Of a stretch of 64,000 nucleotides of DNA, positions 41,811-59,690 are shown one piece after another. Each line of letters opens with the position of its first letter. Position 1 is the stretch's first letter. Source of the stretch: the human T2T-CHM13v2.0 reference genome, Homo sapiens. Both the position numbers and the translations under genes were made by a program. The stretch lies in assembly GCF_009914755.1 (NCBI RefSeq), contig NC_060937.1, one strand, 5' to 3'. A model generated the notes under the pieces. That model was not told where the DNA came from, ran no database searches, and saw only the letters and a program-made list of their open reading frames with translations.

Positions 41811-42579
41811 TTTCTTGATGCAACAAATTGAAGGTAAGAGAGGGATTTTACGTGGGATGAAGGGAAGGACACAGTGATGGCCACAAGTCTGGCTGCCATT
41901 GTGCAAAAGCCCCTATGAGATATCCTACCCCTATGAGCTTAGCCCCTTTTCTCCAGTTTTTCACAAAATCAGGTTATCTTTCTTGTTGGTCAAGCTCTTA
42001 ACAATATTATTTCATTTCACCATCACAGCCAAGAGTCCCCCAAAGGGGGCAAGGGCCACCTACTCCCTTCTATTTCTGCTCTTTGCAACCATCCCAGCAG
42101 AATTGAAGTGAGCTGCTGAGGTGGTCCCCTAGACCCAGTTCTCCCAGGTATGATGTTAGTCTCCATTTGATTGATCTATAGATGTTATGTCCTGTGTTTA
42201 ATAGTGACTGTTAGAAATATGGTCTAGACTCCATTAGCTGCAATCAATGCCTACTTACAACTCATAGACACATTTCAGCTGTATATTCAGCCATGACTTT
42301 TACATTCATTTGTGTGCAGATAATGTTCTGTCAGACGTATCTTCTCCATTTGATTTTCAGCTTCACAACAATCCTTGAAATACAAGTGTTGTGATCCCTG
42401 TTCTACAGTTGAGGTGACCAAAGTACATTCGTTAGGTGACATGCCCAAGATGCAGAACTAGCACACACGGAGCTGGGTAGGACTGGAGCCCCATCTTCCC
42501 CTTACTTGAGTCATCATGCAAGCAATTCTTGATCTGGAATCCATGGTCTGGCAGTGAAGGCTCAAGGATGGACTTCTTA

Positions 42580-43454
<875 letters not shown>

Positions 43455-44784
43455 CTCATATCCATTTTTTTAAGTGATCATGTCTGTAGCATTAATTAGA
43501 TTCACCAAGGGATCCACAGCTCTGGAGAGATGAAGCAGTGTATGGTGACACTCACCAAATCTCACTTCTACTTGAGGCTACCCGGTTGTTCTTAATGAAC
43601 TCTCTAGAGAAGATCAACTCTTTCTGATATAAATGTCTGGCCTTTTTACCACATCTGAAATGCAGTGTCAGGTTCCACTTACCATTTGTGACTAATTCTG
43701 TCCCCAAAATTCACATCTATGATGCTGATTACAAAGTGTTTCTAATCTTGGATCTTTTTGGTCTCTTATCTGTGATGTAGTGTGGACCCAGGTATGGATG
43801 GAGGGAGCAAAATTTTAAGAATAAGGATCGTCATCAAAAAAGACTATCTCCTGGGGAATTTCTATACCTGGAAATAGTAACTCCTCTGTTTAGACAGCTG
43901 GCACTTTTTTATACATCCTAAAATGTACAAAGCAGTGAGAGGGCAGCCTGCCTCCAAACTCAGTCTCCTTAGGGTGTTTCTTATTAGCAGCCATCCTTCC
44001 CTCTTGTTACTCACCTTGTTCTGCTCACTGTGAACCAGCTCCATCTTGCTCCTGTCTGGGCAACTAGAGCTTGACCAGCATCCTGACATTCTATCACACA
44101 CATATAATTTCCTTAGCATCTCATCAGCAGGACTGTGCATGGCAGATGGTGTCAGGAGCTGACCGCTCAAGATGGGTGGAGAACACAAGGTGGGTGGCCA
44201 AGTGCAGAAGAACAGCAGGTACTTGGGAAGTCTGAGGATGACAGAACCAAGCAGCAGACCCATTCTAAGCCAGGTTGTAATACAGGCGGAGTGTGATGGC
44301 GGCTCTGGGGAGAGCAAGGAGAAATGGCATCTGGCATGAGAAGTCTTTGGCTTCTTTGGAGTTAACAGGCTTAGTTCAAATCTCCAGGACTATTCTCCAT
44401 TCTCTTCTATAGTAAGCTGAGTAACTATTTCAGTGAATGCCCATATGAGCAAAGCATAATATTAATAAAAAATAGACGATAGCAAAAATCTTAGTTTGCA
44501 TTTGTAAGGAGTCAAATGTTTGTGGAGCTTGGGATGAGGACTGGGAAAAGTGACTTAAGTTGGTAGATCTGAGCAATCCCAGTGCCCAGTGGGTACTTTC
44601 CTTCCTTCTTTTCTTTCCTTCCTTCTTCCGACCAGTAAAACAACAATACTGATTGGTTCATCCACATACACCAAAGGAGTCGTTATACAATAGAATGATG
44701 ATTGTCCTATTCAGAACCTCCCATGAAAAAGGTACAGAGTTTGTCTGCAATGGAGATTGTTTTAGAACTTTTATTTTAGAGTCA

Positions 44785-45160
44785 TTGTTTAAGTTATCTG
44801 CTGCTGTATAACAAGTATTTCAAAACTTATTGGTTTAAAAAGCCATAATTTATTATTTCTCGTGATTCTGTGGGTTTGTGGGGCTCAGCTGGGTGGTTTC
44901 TGCTGCTCTTACATGAGGTGTCTTGTTCAACTCAGCTGGAAGCTGGACTGGGCTGGACTTCAGGGTGCCTTCTCTTCGTTCTGGGTCAACTCTTCATGGC
45001 CTCCCAGCACTTGGTGGTTTAGTCTGAGTTTCTTACATGGCAGCTGGATCCCAAGGCAGAGGTTCAGAGCTGCCTCTGTGGTGGCTTTGCTGCAGTCCAT
45101 TGACACAAGCGGGTCATGAGGATAGCAGGCATTCAAGCAGTGGGGCCATGCCTCTATTTT
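44785..45160 (-). mobile_element. MLT1-type MaLR LTR
   Basis: TTATCTGCTGCTGTATAACAAG...TTTATTATTTCTCGTGATTCTGTGGG...GGCTCAGCTGGG. Confidence 0.7.
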
Positions 45161-46169
45161 TAGTTGCCCTCTTTAGGCGCACATAACATCACAGTTATCT
45201 ATTTTCAGAACACATGCTAATGTGTGTTTAGAGTGTTTAGAGCATGTTCACACAATTATTTAATGTGATCTGCAGAGCACTTATAACCCTTACACCTAAG
45301 AAAGGCACATCTCAGAGCAGGAAAGTGATTCACCCTAGGTCCTATCCATAGTAAGAAATGGAGCCAGAACTTATAGGGTCTCCTGACTCCTGGCTCCATG
45401 GGCTACAGAAGCTGCTCTTGAAGGAAGCTTCTCCCAGTGGGAGTGGATTTGATCCTTGGAAACACCTGAACATCATTCTGCACTAGGTTTGGTTAACAAA
45501 ATAAAGTGATTGGCTGAGCTGGGTAAACAGTGGTTTTGGTCAAACATGGAATGAGACCGTGCCACGTATTTCCGGTGTGGCTCTTCAATGACTCCTGAGC
45601 GTGTGTGGAATATGAGCGTGGTCTCCCAGGATACTTCAAAGGTGTACGAGTCCCTTTGTCAGTGCCACGCGTCCCTGCTCATGGGTATAACATGCCTGGG
45701 GATTTGCACAGGCAGCTTTCAGGGTTGTCAAGGAGCCAGGTGACCCAGAACAGGAGGCTGGGCTGGCGGATCTCTGAACGTCATTTCTAGCTCTGCGTCA
45801 GTGAACTCCGTGCCGCTGTATTGGTTTGCAGTTATTTTGCTTTCTTTTCAAACTCTACTTCAGAAAAATGCTGGGAAAGAGGGAAGCTTTGAAATGAACA
45901 CTTTTTATCTGTTTTCATTTTTCTTCCTAAACAAATCCCTTCAGTTTTTGTTTCATTTCCCTCTTGGCCCCAGTGCCTGGCTCTCCTAAATTGCTCTCTG
46001 TAATCTCTACAACAGAACAGCAGCGTTCCCTTATATGTTGTCTATTTATTAATGATTTCCATTTCTCTTGCTTCCATGGGGTTGCAATGTTATTTTAACC
46101 TTATGTTGCTCATTATTTTCCTTCTTTTTATTTCATGCAAATAGTTTTGCAGTTTTTCTTATAATAACG

Positions 46170-46461
46170 ATTTTTTTTTTTGAGAGAGGAGAGAGAGAGA
46201 GAGAGAGTCTCACTCTGTTGCCCAGGCTGGAGTGCAGTGGCTTGAGTGATCACGGTTCACTGTAACCTTGACCTCCTGGACTCAAGCCATCCTCCCACCT
46301 CCGCATCCTAAGTAGCTGGGACTACAGGCACACGCCACCGTGTAGAGGTGGGGGTCTCACTACATTACCCAGGCTGCTCTCAAATTCCTGGGCTCAAGCA
46401 ATTCTCCCACCTTGGCATCCCAAAGTGCTGAGATTACAGGTGTGAGCCACCATGCCTAGCC
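46170..46461 (-). mobile_element. Alu (AluJ) with (GA)n and central deletion
   Basis: Antisense Alu lacking the middle A-rich linker. Confidence 0.88.
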
Positions 46462-46774
46462 TATAATGATTCTTTCACGTGGCTGATTTCAGCCTCTCAC
46501 TTTCATAAGATCAGTTATTATTTTATTTTATCTTATTTTTATTTTTGATTCTTCAACTCCACATCCAGGGTTAGCACCACTCTACAGTTTATAATCTGTC
46601 TTTATTGTCTCATCCAATGTCCCTTAGATCTTATTTATTTACGAATTATGTGCTTCCTTGAATTCCCATATTAGTTTCACTGTTCAATGTCTGACAGCAT
46701 TGCTGATTCCAGAAGTGGTTGATATTAAATTGTCATGGATTGTGTGCAAGTGTGTATATTTATGCAAATGATTC

Positions 46775-48045
<1,271 letters not shown>

Positions 48046-48868
48046 AAGATCAGCTTTTTTAAAATGTTTGCTTGAAGCCCCAAATTGTTCTATGCATTTT
48101 TCAAGGCATAGAATTTATTATATGATTAGACAGTTTGTTGTTTGTTACTTCTTGTGGAAAAATTTTTAATAAGTGTGCTGACAGCCATTCATTTACCCAC
48201 TCAACAAAGGTTTGTCAGGTTTCTACTATGTCCAGTGACTGTCCTAAGCACAGAGGTTATGGTGGAGAATAAGGCAGATGCAGCCCCACGGAATTTGGTA
48301 TTTTGTGTTATGAAATGGCAAATAGCCATAGCCTGAAATCTCACGGTTTCTCAGAGTTTCATGACATTAGTGAAGGCATGGGCAGCAGCTGCTGTTCATG
48401 TTGCTTTAAACTGGTGTTAGGAGCCACTGCCAGAAGCAAAACAATTGTAGGCAACCAAATGAGGTGATGTGCAGTGTATGGGAAGGCCAGGGCGGGGTTG
48501 TTGAAGGACCAGCAGGGTTGAGACTCAGCCGTGCAGTTAAGTGACACTGTTTTAAGTGAACACGAAATGCACACTTTATTATGGCCCCTACTTAAATCTG
48601 GATGTTCTCTTTTGTAGTTGTACAACAGATTGATGACATGGTGATGTCAGGCCAGGAAACAGAGAGGGGACAATCTATCCCAGTAAGGGCACTGGAGTCC
48701 TAGCTCTGTCTTGGAACCAGCACCCAGTGGGAGCTGATGGCCAGTCTACTCGCTCCAGCAGACCATCTTCTCTCCCCTCCAGCTCCTACAGTGTTTTATG
48801 TTATTCATAAGGCACTGGTCTCAAACTGCCTGCTCTGTAGTGAGTTTGATACTTTTATGTATCCTTAA

Positions 48869-49462
<594 letters not shown>

Positions 49463-49611
49463 TAGTTGACTGTGGAACTCAATATGTTAAAAAATAAAGA
49501 AGATGAATATTGTTACTGTCTTTGTAGCAATCTTGGGGTACTTGATTGTCCTAATTTTATAAATGAAGAAAACTTAGTATAGAAACTGTAGTAACTTTCC
49601 CAAAGCCACAT

Positions 49612-49775
49612 GCTTTATTTAATTTTATTTTAAATTTAAAAAAATTTTTTATTTTTTGTAGAGATGGGGTCTCACTATCTTTCCCAGGCTGGTCTCAAAT
49701 TCCTAGGCTCAAGCGATCCTCCCACCTCAGCCTCCCAAAGTGCTGAGATTACAGGCATGAGCCACTGTGCCCAGC
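49612..49775 (-). mobile_element. FLAM (free left Alu monomer)
   Basis: Single monomer; TSD cacatgcttta. Confidence 0.85.
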
Positions 49776-50142
49776 CATCACATGCTTTAAAAGTGAGCAA
49801 ACAGCTTGAACCAATCTAAACAGCTTATTTATTTGAGGTAATAAACTTTTCCTTCTTCCTGAGTTTTCCTAAATTCTTCTCTATCATGAAAATAGCATTA
49901 ATAGCTAAAATTTTAAGTGTTTAGAGGTTTTGCCTTTCAAATCCAGTAAGTCTCCAGGGTCAACAGGTGCTACAAGATGCTACTGGCAGTAACAGTGCTT
50001 CTCCAGGATTGTGGTAGGTGGTGTCTAAGGGTCTTTTCAGCTTGAAGGTTCTGTTTCCCAGTTCTGTCTCACTTAAGATCAGATCTTGGTGAGTATATTG
50101 GCAAACCATTTCATTATTTAAATTTGTAAAATACAGGCTTTA

Positions 50143-50489
<347 letters not shown>

Positions 50490-52156
50490 CTAGATATTAA
50501 CTATAAAATATTAACAATTTCAAATTTTTGTTAAAGGAATACATTTACACAGCTTAAAAATTCAAGTGGAACTAAAAGGTTTACAAGGCAATATTTCAGT
50601 CCTCTGCCCCATTCTCTGCTCCTCCCACCCTGTATGCTGTCCCAGAGGCAACCAACGCCTTTCATTTTTTAGAGCTCTTCTGACGTTTACCTTTATGTTT
50701 CCAAATAATGTGCTTATTATGCCATTTACTGATTGCTGGACTTTAGACCTGTTGACTTTTTCTGCTATGGTAGTGGAGGCTTTAGCTCTGACCTGAGCCC
50801 CACTGCTCCTGCTCCACCCACACCTCTTCCCTCACCCTCATGACATGATCATGGCTCATACTCTGGTCAAATACATATTGTTATTTATATTATTTTGACT
50901 GCGAGCATAATGACGTCTGGACCAAGTTGTATTCTATGTTACATTTTCTTTTGGTTGCAATTGCCTCCCTTCCCTGAGAGTGAACCATGACTGGGGTTTT
51001 CATTTGCTTGGCTTTCTATGTGTCTATTGTTCGGCTTTTCCTACTCTTCCAACAAATCTGTCATATGCCCGGAAACAATTTTTTCAAGTTCCCAGACATG
51101 GTTCCGCACAGTCCATCTATTCCATCTGTTTCTTTCCCTTTTCCCGGGGGCTGTGGTCTGGGCAGGGTGCTCTGGCCCTCTGCCCAGTGGTCCCCTGGGC
51201 TCCCCTTGCCTTTCCCCTGGGCCAGAGCTTGTGCTTTCTGGAGTCCGTGTCTTCCTGTCTTGGTCTCTACCTTCATTTTGCTGAAGCACACACCTTCCAG
51301 GAACTTCCTCAGGAGGGGAATGTGGAACTAAACTTCTATGCACATAAAGTCTTCATATCACCCTCAAACCCGATCTGTCTCCCCGCCTCCAATGTACTTT
51401 CCTTTCCTCTCTTATTTTCTCTGTTTTTATGAACTTACACCTTTTTTCTTCACTATTGTGTAATTGGCATTTAAGATGGGAGTAGAGATAAATGCACCTG
51501 TGTAGGCTCATACCAACCACACGCCTCAGTGCATGGGTGTTTATCAGACTTCTCTCAATCAAGAGCTGCGCTGAGTACTTGTGAAGGCCCTGCAGGGCTG
51601 GTGCTGAGTAAGTTCAGGATTGGGCACCTCTGAGGGGTGAGGAAATGGAGGTTCAGAGACGAGAAGGAACTTCCCCAAGGCCACATGGTTAATGATTGGA
51701 AGATCTGAGATTCTAAACCAAACCTGAGTCGATCACTTCCCTTTCTGTCCACTGCACTGATAACTGAAGCCCAAGGGCTGAGGCCACACCTCAGCGTGTG
51801 AGGATCAGCAGAGGAGACCCTGCTGGCTGCGGGATGTGGATAGGCTTTGAGGAAGAGGAAAAGCACAGGCAAAATGTCAAAGATAAGTGGGAATGAGGTT
51901 CCCTGGAGCATGAGTCGCAGGTGCTCAGGAAGGTGCTGGCAGCTCTAGAGAAGGCCAGAGAGAAGCACCCAGTGGTGGGAGCCACAGCCCCAAGACACAG
52001 GCTAAAGCCCCAGCCCAGGGTGGGTGAGCTCCACCCTGTCACCTATGGGGTTGCATGCAAGTGGTTCCTCTAAGCATTGGCTTCATCTGGGAGGCGGGGG
52101 TGACATCGCTTCTTTGAGCCTTATTTGGAGGACTAAACAACACATGCATTTTGTCA

Positions 52157-52237
52157 TTAGGCTGGTGCAAAAGTAATTGTGGTTTTTTTCTATTACTTTT
52201 AATGGTAAAAACCGCAATTAGTTTTGCAGCAACATAC
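52157..52237. mobile_element. MADE1 MITE (Hsmar1-derived palindrome)
   Basis: TTAGGCTGGTGCAAAAGTAATTGTGGTTTTT...AAAAACCGCAATTAGTTTTGCAGCAAC inverted arms. Confidence 0.92.
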
Positions 52238-53329
52238 TAACTTTAAAGTTCTTAATACATATGAGATATTATTTCTATCAGCTTAGAAGGATCCATTATG
52301 ATTGTAGAAGACCTGGGATGCCAGTCTGAGGAACTCTTCTTTTCTTAAGCAAAGGAGAAACAAAATAATTCTGATGGGGGAGTGACTGACCCCAGTCTGG
52401 CTCACCGGCGGCTGTGAAGTCCTGAGTGTCCTCTGGCAGCTGCCTTTGAAAGCGCAGTGGTGTCCGGGGCTCGCCACTGAATAGCGTTTGTTCTCAGAAG
52501 GGAGCCCGGTGGAAAATTTGAAGCTGCAGTTAGGAACTGTGTGTATGGCCTTGGAAACTGAAGATGTTCCTTTAAAAGAAAAATCACAGTGTTTTTAAAA
52601 CTCAGATGACAGCTTTGACCATTATCTGCTTTCCTCTCCTGCCAGCTCTAGAGTTTTCTTGGGATGTTATCAAGGATGATATCACAACAATGCCCACTTC
52701 TGTTTTGTTTTTAACCTGAATGACAAATTACCAATCAGCAGATGTAGGCCATCCAGGGAAGTTTCTTTTAAATGCTGGACTTTTGCAAAAATGTAGAGCC
52801 TTGGTGGCAATTGTGATTCTTTTTTTTTTTCTTTTCTTTTCCCCAATGAAGGTACTTTTTTTTATGTCCAGTTTTGGAAGGCTCCTGAAGATTGTTTGAG
52901 AACTTGACTGCTGTGTCAGGGCAGTGCTGACACTCTCTGTTGCCAACTGTTATTCATTATTCCAAAAAATCAGAGAAGCAAAAACGACCCCGCCAAACAA
53001 CTCCAAGACAAACTCCAAGCAAAACAACAACACACACACAAACCCACAATTTTCCTTTGGTTGCTTCTGAGAAGGAGTTTTAATGGTATAGTAAATACAG
53101 CATTTATCGGATGATTTTTGCTGCCATTGATATGTTTCTCTTCTTGAAAGAGGAATTCAAATGACAATGAACATTTTTGGGGTCCTCTTTTATGGAGTTT
53201 GATTTTCAGGGGATTGTCAGGCATGTCGTCTCCGGGTTCCCGTGCTGCACAGTCCCAGCACTCTCTGTGGCTCAGCCTTCCCGTCCCTTGCCCTCTGAAT
53301 ACCTTGCCGTTGACTGAATGGTCATCGTT

Positions 53330-53474
53330 AGCACAGGTCATCACAATACATGACTCCTGGGCAGGAGGAACAGAGGAGCGGAGGTTGTGCCATGCATTTA
53401 AAACCCAGTTAGCATCCCAGTGGGTCTTCCAAGGCCGAAGATGGCAAAACGTTTTTATTTTACTTTGTTGAAAT
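53330..53474 (+). repeat. 145-bp direct repeat, copy 1
   Basis: 139/145 identical to 54055-54199 by manual alignment. Confidence 0.97.
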
Positions 53475-54054
53475 CATCTGTTTCCCTCCAAATGGTGGGC
53501 TGTTTGGGCACAAGGTCATGTTGTCTTCAATTTCATAGCCCCGGTACCCAGCAAGGATGGCTGCCCATAGGCTCTATTAAGATGCCGAGTGCATCCGTGG
53601 CACGGCCAGGAGGAGTGTGCTGTGGTCAGCCTTCCAGAAGGAATCAATCTCCTGGGAGAAGTGGAGAAGTTGGCCTGCAGCAGGGGCCTCGAGAATGGCG
53701 GGTCTCATCCACCACCAGCAGGCTCGTCTGTTGCCCAGCAGTGTGATCCTAGCTGAGGTTTATTCTCTTTCCCTCATTAGACTGCAGTCTCCTGAAAGGC
53801 AGGGTGTGCACCTGACTTGTCTTTTTGTCCCTTCATCCTGCGCCCTGCACGGTTTGATCAGTAAATGGTGGCTGAGAGACAAGGGAGTGGGAAGGAAGGA
53901 GGTCAGGAGGGGAGAGAGGTCTGAGTGCTTGAAAGAGTCCCTCCTCTGCTTCAGGGGCTTGTTCTGGGGTTTTCTGGATCTTCAGTACTAGCGGGTAGGA
54001 TCTGAGCTCTCCCGGCCCCTGGTGGTTGTTGGCCAGGCCTGGCCAGCTTCCAGC

Positions 54055-54199
54055 AGCACAGGTCATCATAATATATGACTCCTGGACAGGAGGAACAGAG
54101 GAGCGGAGGTCGTGCCATGCATTTAAAACCCAGTTAGCATCCCACTGGGTCTTCCAAGGCGGAAGATGGCAAAACGTTTTTATTTTACTTTGTTGAAAT
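54055..54199 (+). repeat. 145-bp direct repeat, copy 2
   Basis: 139/145 identical to 53330-53474 by manual alignment. Confidence 0.97.
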
Positions 54200-54480
54200 G
54201 CAGGTTGTTCCTTTTTTTTTAACCAACTTTTATGTTCCAAGGCTAAAACATAGCATAAAACAATTTGAAAAAGTCGGTTTCAATGTTTCCCATTGTTCAC
54301 TGAGAGAGGGTCACACAGGGTGCAAGGCAACAGAGGACACCATTGCTTACGTAGTACCTCGTGAGCTGCACTGCGAGAGGCCTTTCAAAGGAAGGTTTTA
54401 TTTAGGAAGCAAGGAATGATTAAAAACTGATGGCTCTAATCAAATGAGATTTAAAATTTTCCATTAAACCTTCATAGTTA

Positions 54481-55228
<748 letters not shown>

Positions 55229-55627
55229 TAGTTCTACAAAGAAAATTTAAGAGCAAGCTCTGGCTTAGTCTTTGAAAAACAAGTTTGGAATTTCCTATAC
55301 GGGTGGATAAAATGTCAGCTCTTGGTATTGTCCTTAAGACACAGTACATGGTATTTACTCTCTTTTTATAGGGTAAAGATAGATAAATCCCCAAAGGCCT
55401 TGGCATTTAGGAAACAATCATGCTTTATCTATTAACTTACTCTTTAAGCTCTGTCATTTTTTGCGTCTGAGTGAGACACTCTATTTACTGAGCCATAGAC
55501 CACCTGCTAGATAAGCAGAGACTCTTCCAGGGCACACAGCCTGGAGAAAAAACGCCTGAATGCACAACTAGAAGTATTAGCAAGTCTGGTTTAACTGTCC
55601 CCAAATGTCTAACTAAGAATATTAGTG

Positions 55628-55941
<314 letters not shown>

Positions 55942-56019
55942 TTAGTATATGGGAAACACCTCCGGACCACCCTACATTATTATTAGTCTTCACTTTGTGG
56001 TGGGTAAAGATAAAATAAA

Positions 56020-56225
56020 AGTAGCTACCGTTTATTGAATGTTTACCATGTGTGGATGAAAACCATGTTAATCATTGTCTTCTTTAATCCTCACAGCAAC
56101 CTAATGAAGTAGGTACTATAATTTTGCAGATAGCCACATTGAGGGTGAGTGAGGTTAAACAACTTGCTCATATGACTCAAAAGTTTGGAAGCCATTTTCA
56201 AATCAGATGTGGACAAAGTGTGCCT
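56020..56225 (-). mobile_element. MIR fragment
   Basis: TTTAATCCTCACAGCAACCTAATGAAGTAGGTACTAT..TTTTGCAGAT..GAGGTTAAACAACTTGC core. Confidence 0.75.
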
Positions 56226-56677
56226 TTTTAACCATTGTATTATTCAGTCTTCCTATGAAGACACGCCTCTATTTGGGGCATTTACTTCCTATATAACTTG
56301 ATGAAAAAAAACCCAGCATTTTCATTGCTTGCCTATAAAAACTCTAAAGGTGTTTCTGTGGGAGGGTGTGTTATTCCACTCAGCTATTGATAAATATAGT
56401 CCTGTCTTAATGTTTAATGTGGATCTTTTTTCTGTTTCATGCTTTTCTGAATTTTTGAGTGACCATGTCACTCAGAAAAGCTTTGAATCAGCAACATTTC
56501 CAGTGGACTGTAGGGAAAGCCTGTTGTTTTGGTGGAAAGTAGAGAGTCACAGATCCCCAACCTTCATCTGAGCCGTGGTTCTGCATCAGTACAGACAGGA
56601 AACCAACTATTAGGAGCCACTACATGAAATAGTATTTCCTCAGGTGAGCAAAAAATTCTTTTGCTTTTGTAGATTGG

Positions 56678-56882
56678 CCCTGTCTATACGTGGTAGCCAC
56701 TAGTCACATGTGGCTTTTGACGTTTGCATTTTAATTAATTAAAGTGAAACACAATTTAAAGTTCAGTCACCCCTGCCACACTATAAGTGCCCAGTATTCA
56801 ATACAACTGCCCAGTGGCTGCCATGCTGGGCGGCGCAAACGTAGAGCACTTCTGTCCTGGCTGAAAATTCTACTAGACAGAG
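56678..56882. mobile_element. MER3/MER33 hAT-Charlie DNA transposon
   Basis: GTAGCCACTAGTCACATGTGGC...AAAATTCTACTAGACAG. Confidence 0.75.
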
Positions 56883-56939
56883 CCATCCAGGAATTTGGAC
56901 TAGCAAGCACCAAGTTCACAGTTAGAGAACACAGTTGCA

Positions 56940-57276
<337 letters not shown>

Positions 57277-59209
57277 TTACAAAGCAAGAGGGCTTCAAGA
57301 ATCTGGAAACCAAAGGAGCAATGTCCTTTGAGTTTCTACAAATTTGGGCCACACTGATTGGGCCTTTCCACAGCCAATTCCATTTGCCTTCATTATGGAA
57401 AGTAAACAGTTTAACTTCCTACTGACATGCTCTGCAGTGCAGACAGTAAACAGTAGCTCACCGCTGCTTCTGCCAGCTGCTCTCGGGTGTTCTACTTGGG
57501 TGGGGAACAGCAGCACTGGCACTGGCACTGGCCCCGGTGGCCCCACAGAGCATGGCTCCATCAAGCTGGGTGCTACAGAGGGATGCCAAGAACATTTGGG
57601 CATTGAATGCCTCTCTCTCTCTCTCTCTCTGAAATGAAAACCCTCATCAATTCAACAATAGTTTCTCTAATAGAACATATAGTGATTTGTTTCATCTCAA
57701 CTGTTCCCATACAATAATAGAAAGGAGGGAGTCTGTGCCTGAGAGTGCCTGCAAACCCCAGGGCACACCAGCCCCGTGGAGCCATAACAGTTGCTCACAG
57801 AGACAGCCCCTCACAGCAGCCCCCGGCACAGTGACTCGTGTAATGAAAGCTGGAAAATTGCCCAGGAAAACCTGAAGATGCATTCCTGAAGCTCCCACAC
57901 TCCAACGCACGCACACACAGACTTCTCTCCTGGCTTTAGGAACATGAATTTACCTTGAATCTTTAAACTTAATTGAAAATCTTGCAAAATAACGAGCTTT
58001 CCTTTGAATCTTCATGGCACTTTGTAATAAAATGTCTAAAAGGGGGCCATTCCATGAAATCATTTAATTGGCATTAATAGTACACTATTACTTCATATAA
58101 AATCATAATCATATAAATGTACTTATATAACTCCATGTAAATTAATTTATATAAATGCAAATCAGATATGGTCTTTTTTCAGAGTATAGAATTGAATAGA
58201 AAGTTAAGATGTATAAAATAACTGTAGCACAGAGTGATAGTCATTAATCACCATAACAGGAGGATGAGGGTTCAGTTTTTAAATTTATTCTCTAAACTGT
58301 ATTTAATAAATTTTATTAACTTATTTAGGAGGGTCAGTTTTTTTAATTGCTTCATTTTGTGAGTTGTATAAACAACTGATTACATTTTATAGTTCAAATG
58401 CAGATTACAGCTTTTCTCTGGGTCTGGTGTTTATGCTAAAGAAAACATATCCTAGAAGAAACACAGAAGAGTGACCAGGTTTGGACATGAAGAAAGCCTT
58501 GGCTTGTGAAACGTGGCAAGAGGTTTCAAGTCATCAAGCCTGGTCTCTCCCACTTTACTGGAGTCAGGGCCCAAGTACCCTCTGTCTGCTCCCATGTGCA
58601 TGGGACCCGGAGCCCCAAAGATGCTGGAGAGGCCCTGACTCAAATCCCAAATGTTGCACAGGCAGGCCATGTGGAGGTCTGTCAGCAGAGTAGGACAGGA
58701 CTGACAGCATCTTTTGGTCCTTGCATTCTTGGGATGGATGCATTTCTCCTCTCTAGCTTAGTGATGAATGAACTTCAGAGGCAGTGGGGCGGAGACAGAG
58801 ACTCAGCTGTCAGACCCAACCTGTGGTGGATGGTGGGTGAGTGGACGGGCTGGACAGAGGGTATTAGGGGGAAGGCACTGAATTCCCACTGTGACCCCTC
58901 GCCCTGGATCAGATCTTTTAAAGACTATCCATCCAATATTCATTCCATCCTAAAGCCAGACTGAAAAAATAAGGCTGGTGCCTTATTTTTAGGCAGCTAA
59001 AGATATCAACTCTTCTGAATGACTGCACTAAGAATCACAATGAGGGCTTCCTTCCCAACTCACCCACGGGAACTTCCTGAGCTTGGCAAACTCCCCTTGC
59101 ACCTGGAACAGCAGCTTCCAGAAGAGAGCCAGAAAAAGGTGGTTCTATTTACCTGTAAACCTTGGGCAGCAATGGCATGCTCTTATATCAGAATTGGCTC
59201 CCATCTCTG

Positions 59210-59690
59210 TGCTGGAGATGGCAGGCTTCCCATTAGCCACCATGCCCTTCTTCCTTAGTGACAGAACCCTGATTTTAGCCTGGACAATTGCCACCTTGAA
59301 TAAAAAATGAGTTTTCCTAGCCTTCCTTGCCACTGGGTGTAGTGGCTAAATTCTGGCCAAAAGGATGAAAGGAACGTGTTGAGTGGGGCTTCCTGGAAGG
59401 CCCCTCAAAGAGGGCTGATTCAGCTGGGAGGTTATAGCCTTTTGTCTCTTTCCTTCTTCCTTTGTACTGCTGCTTGAAACATGGATGTGATGGCTGGTGC
59501 ACAGCAACCATCTTAAATCATGAGGGGACCTTGAGAAGAGAGGCCACGTGCTGGGATGGTCCAGCAGAAAACAGGTGGCTGCCTACAGAGCTACAAGAGG
59601 ATGACAAAGTACCTTCCCCCAAACTTCCTTTAAGTGAGAAAAAAGTGTTATTTGGGGATTTTCTGTTACATGCAGCTGAAATGAATGCAT
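59210..59690 (+). mobile_element. MLT1 (G/H/J-type) MaLR LTR
   Basis: TAGTGACAGAACCCTGATTT, TTCTGGCCAA, GCAACCATCTT..CATGAGGG, TTCTGTTACATGCAGCTGAA. Confidence 0.7.

Noticed and set aside
51070-51105. Possible p53/p63 element TTTCAAGTTC..AGACATGGTT
   Set aside because: Too many mismatches to RRRCWWGYYY to call without ChIP data.
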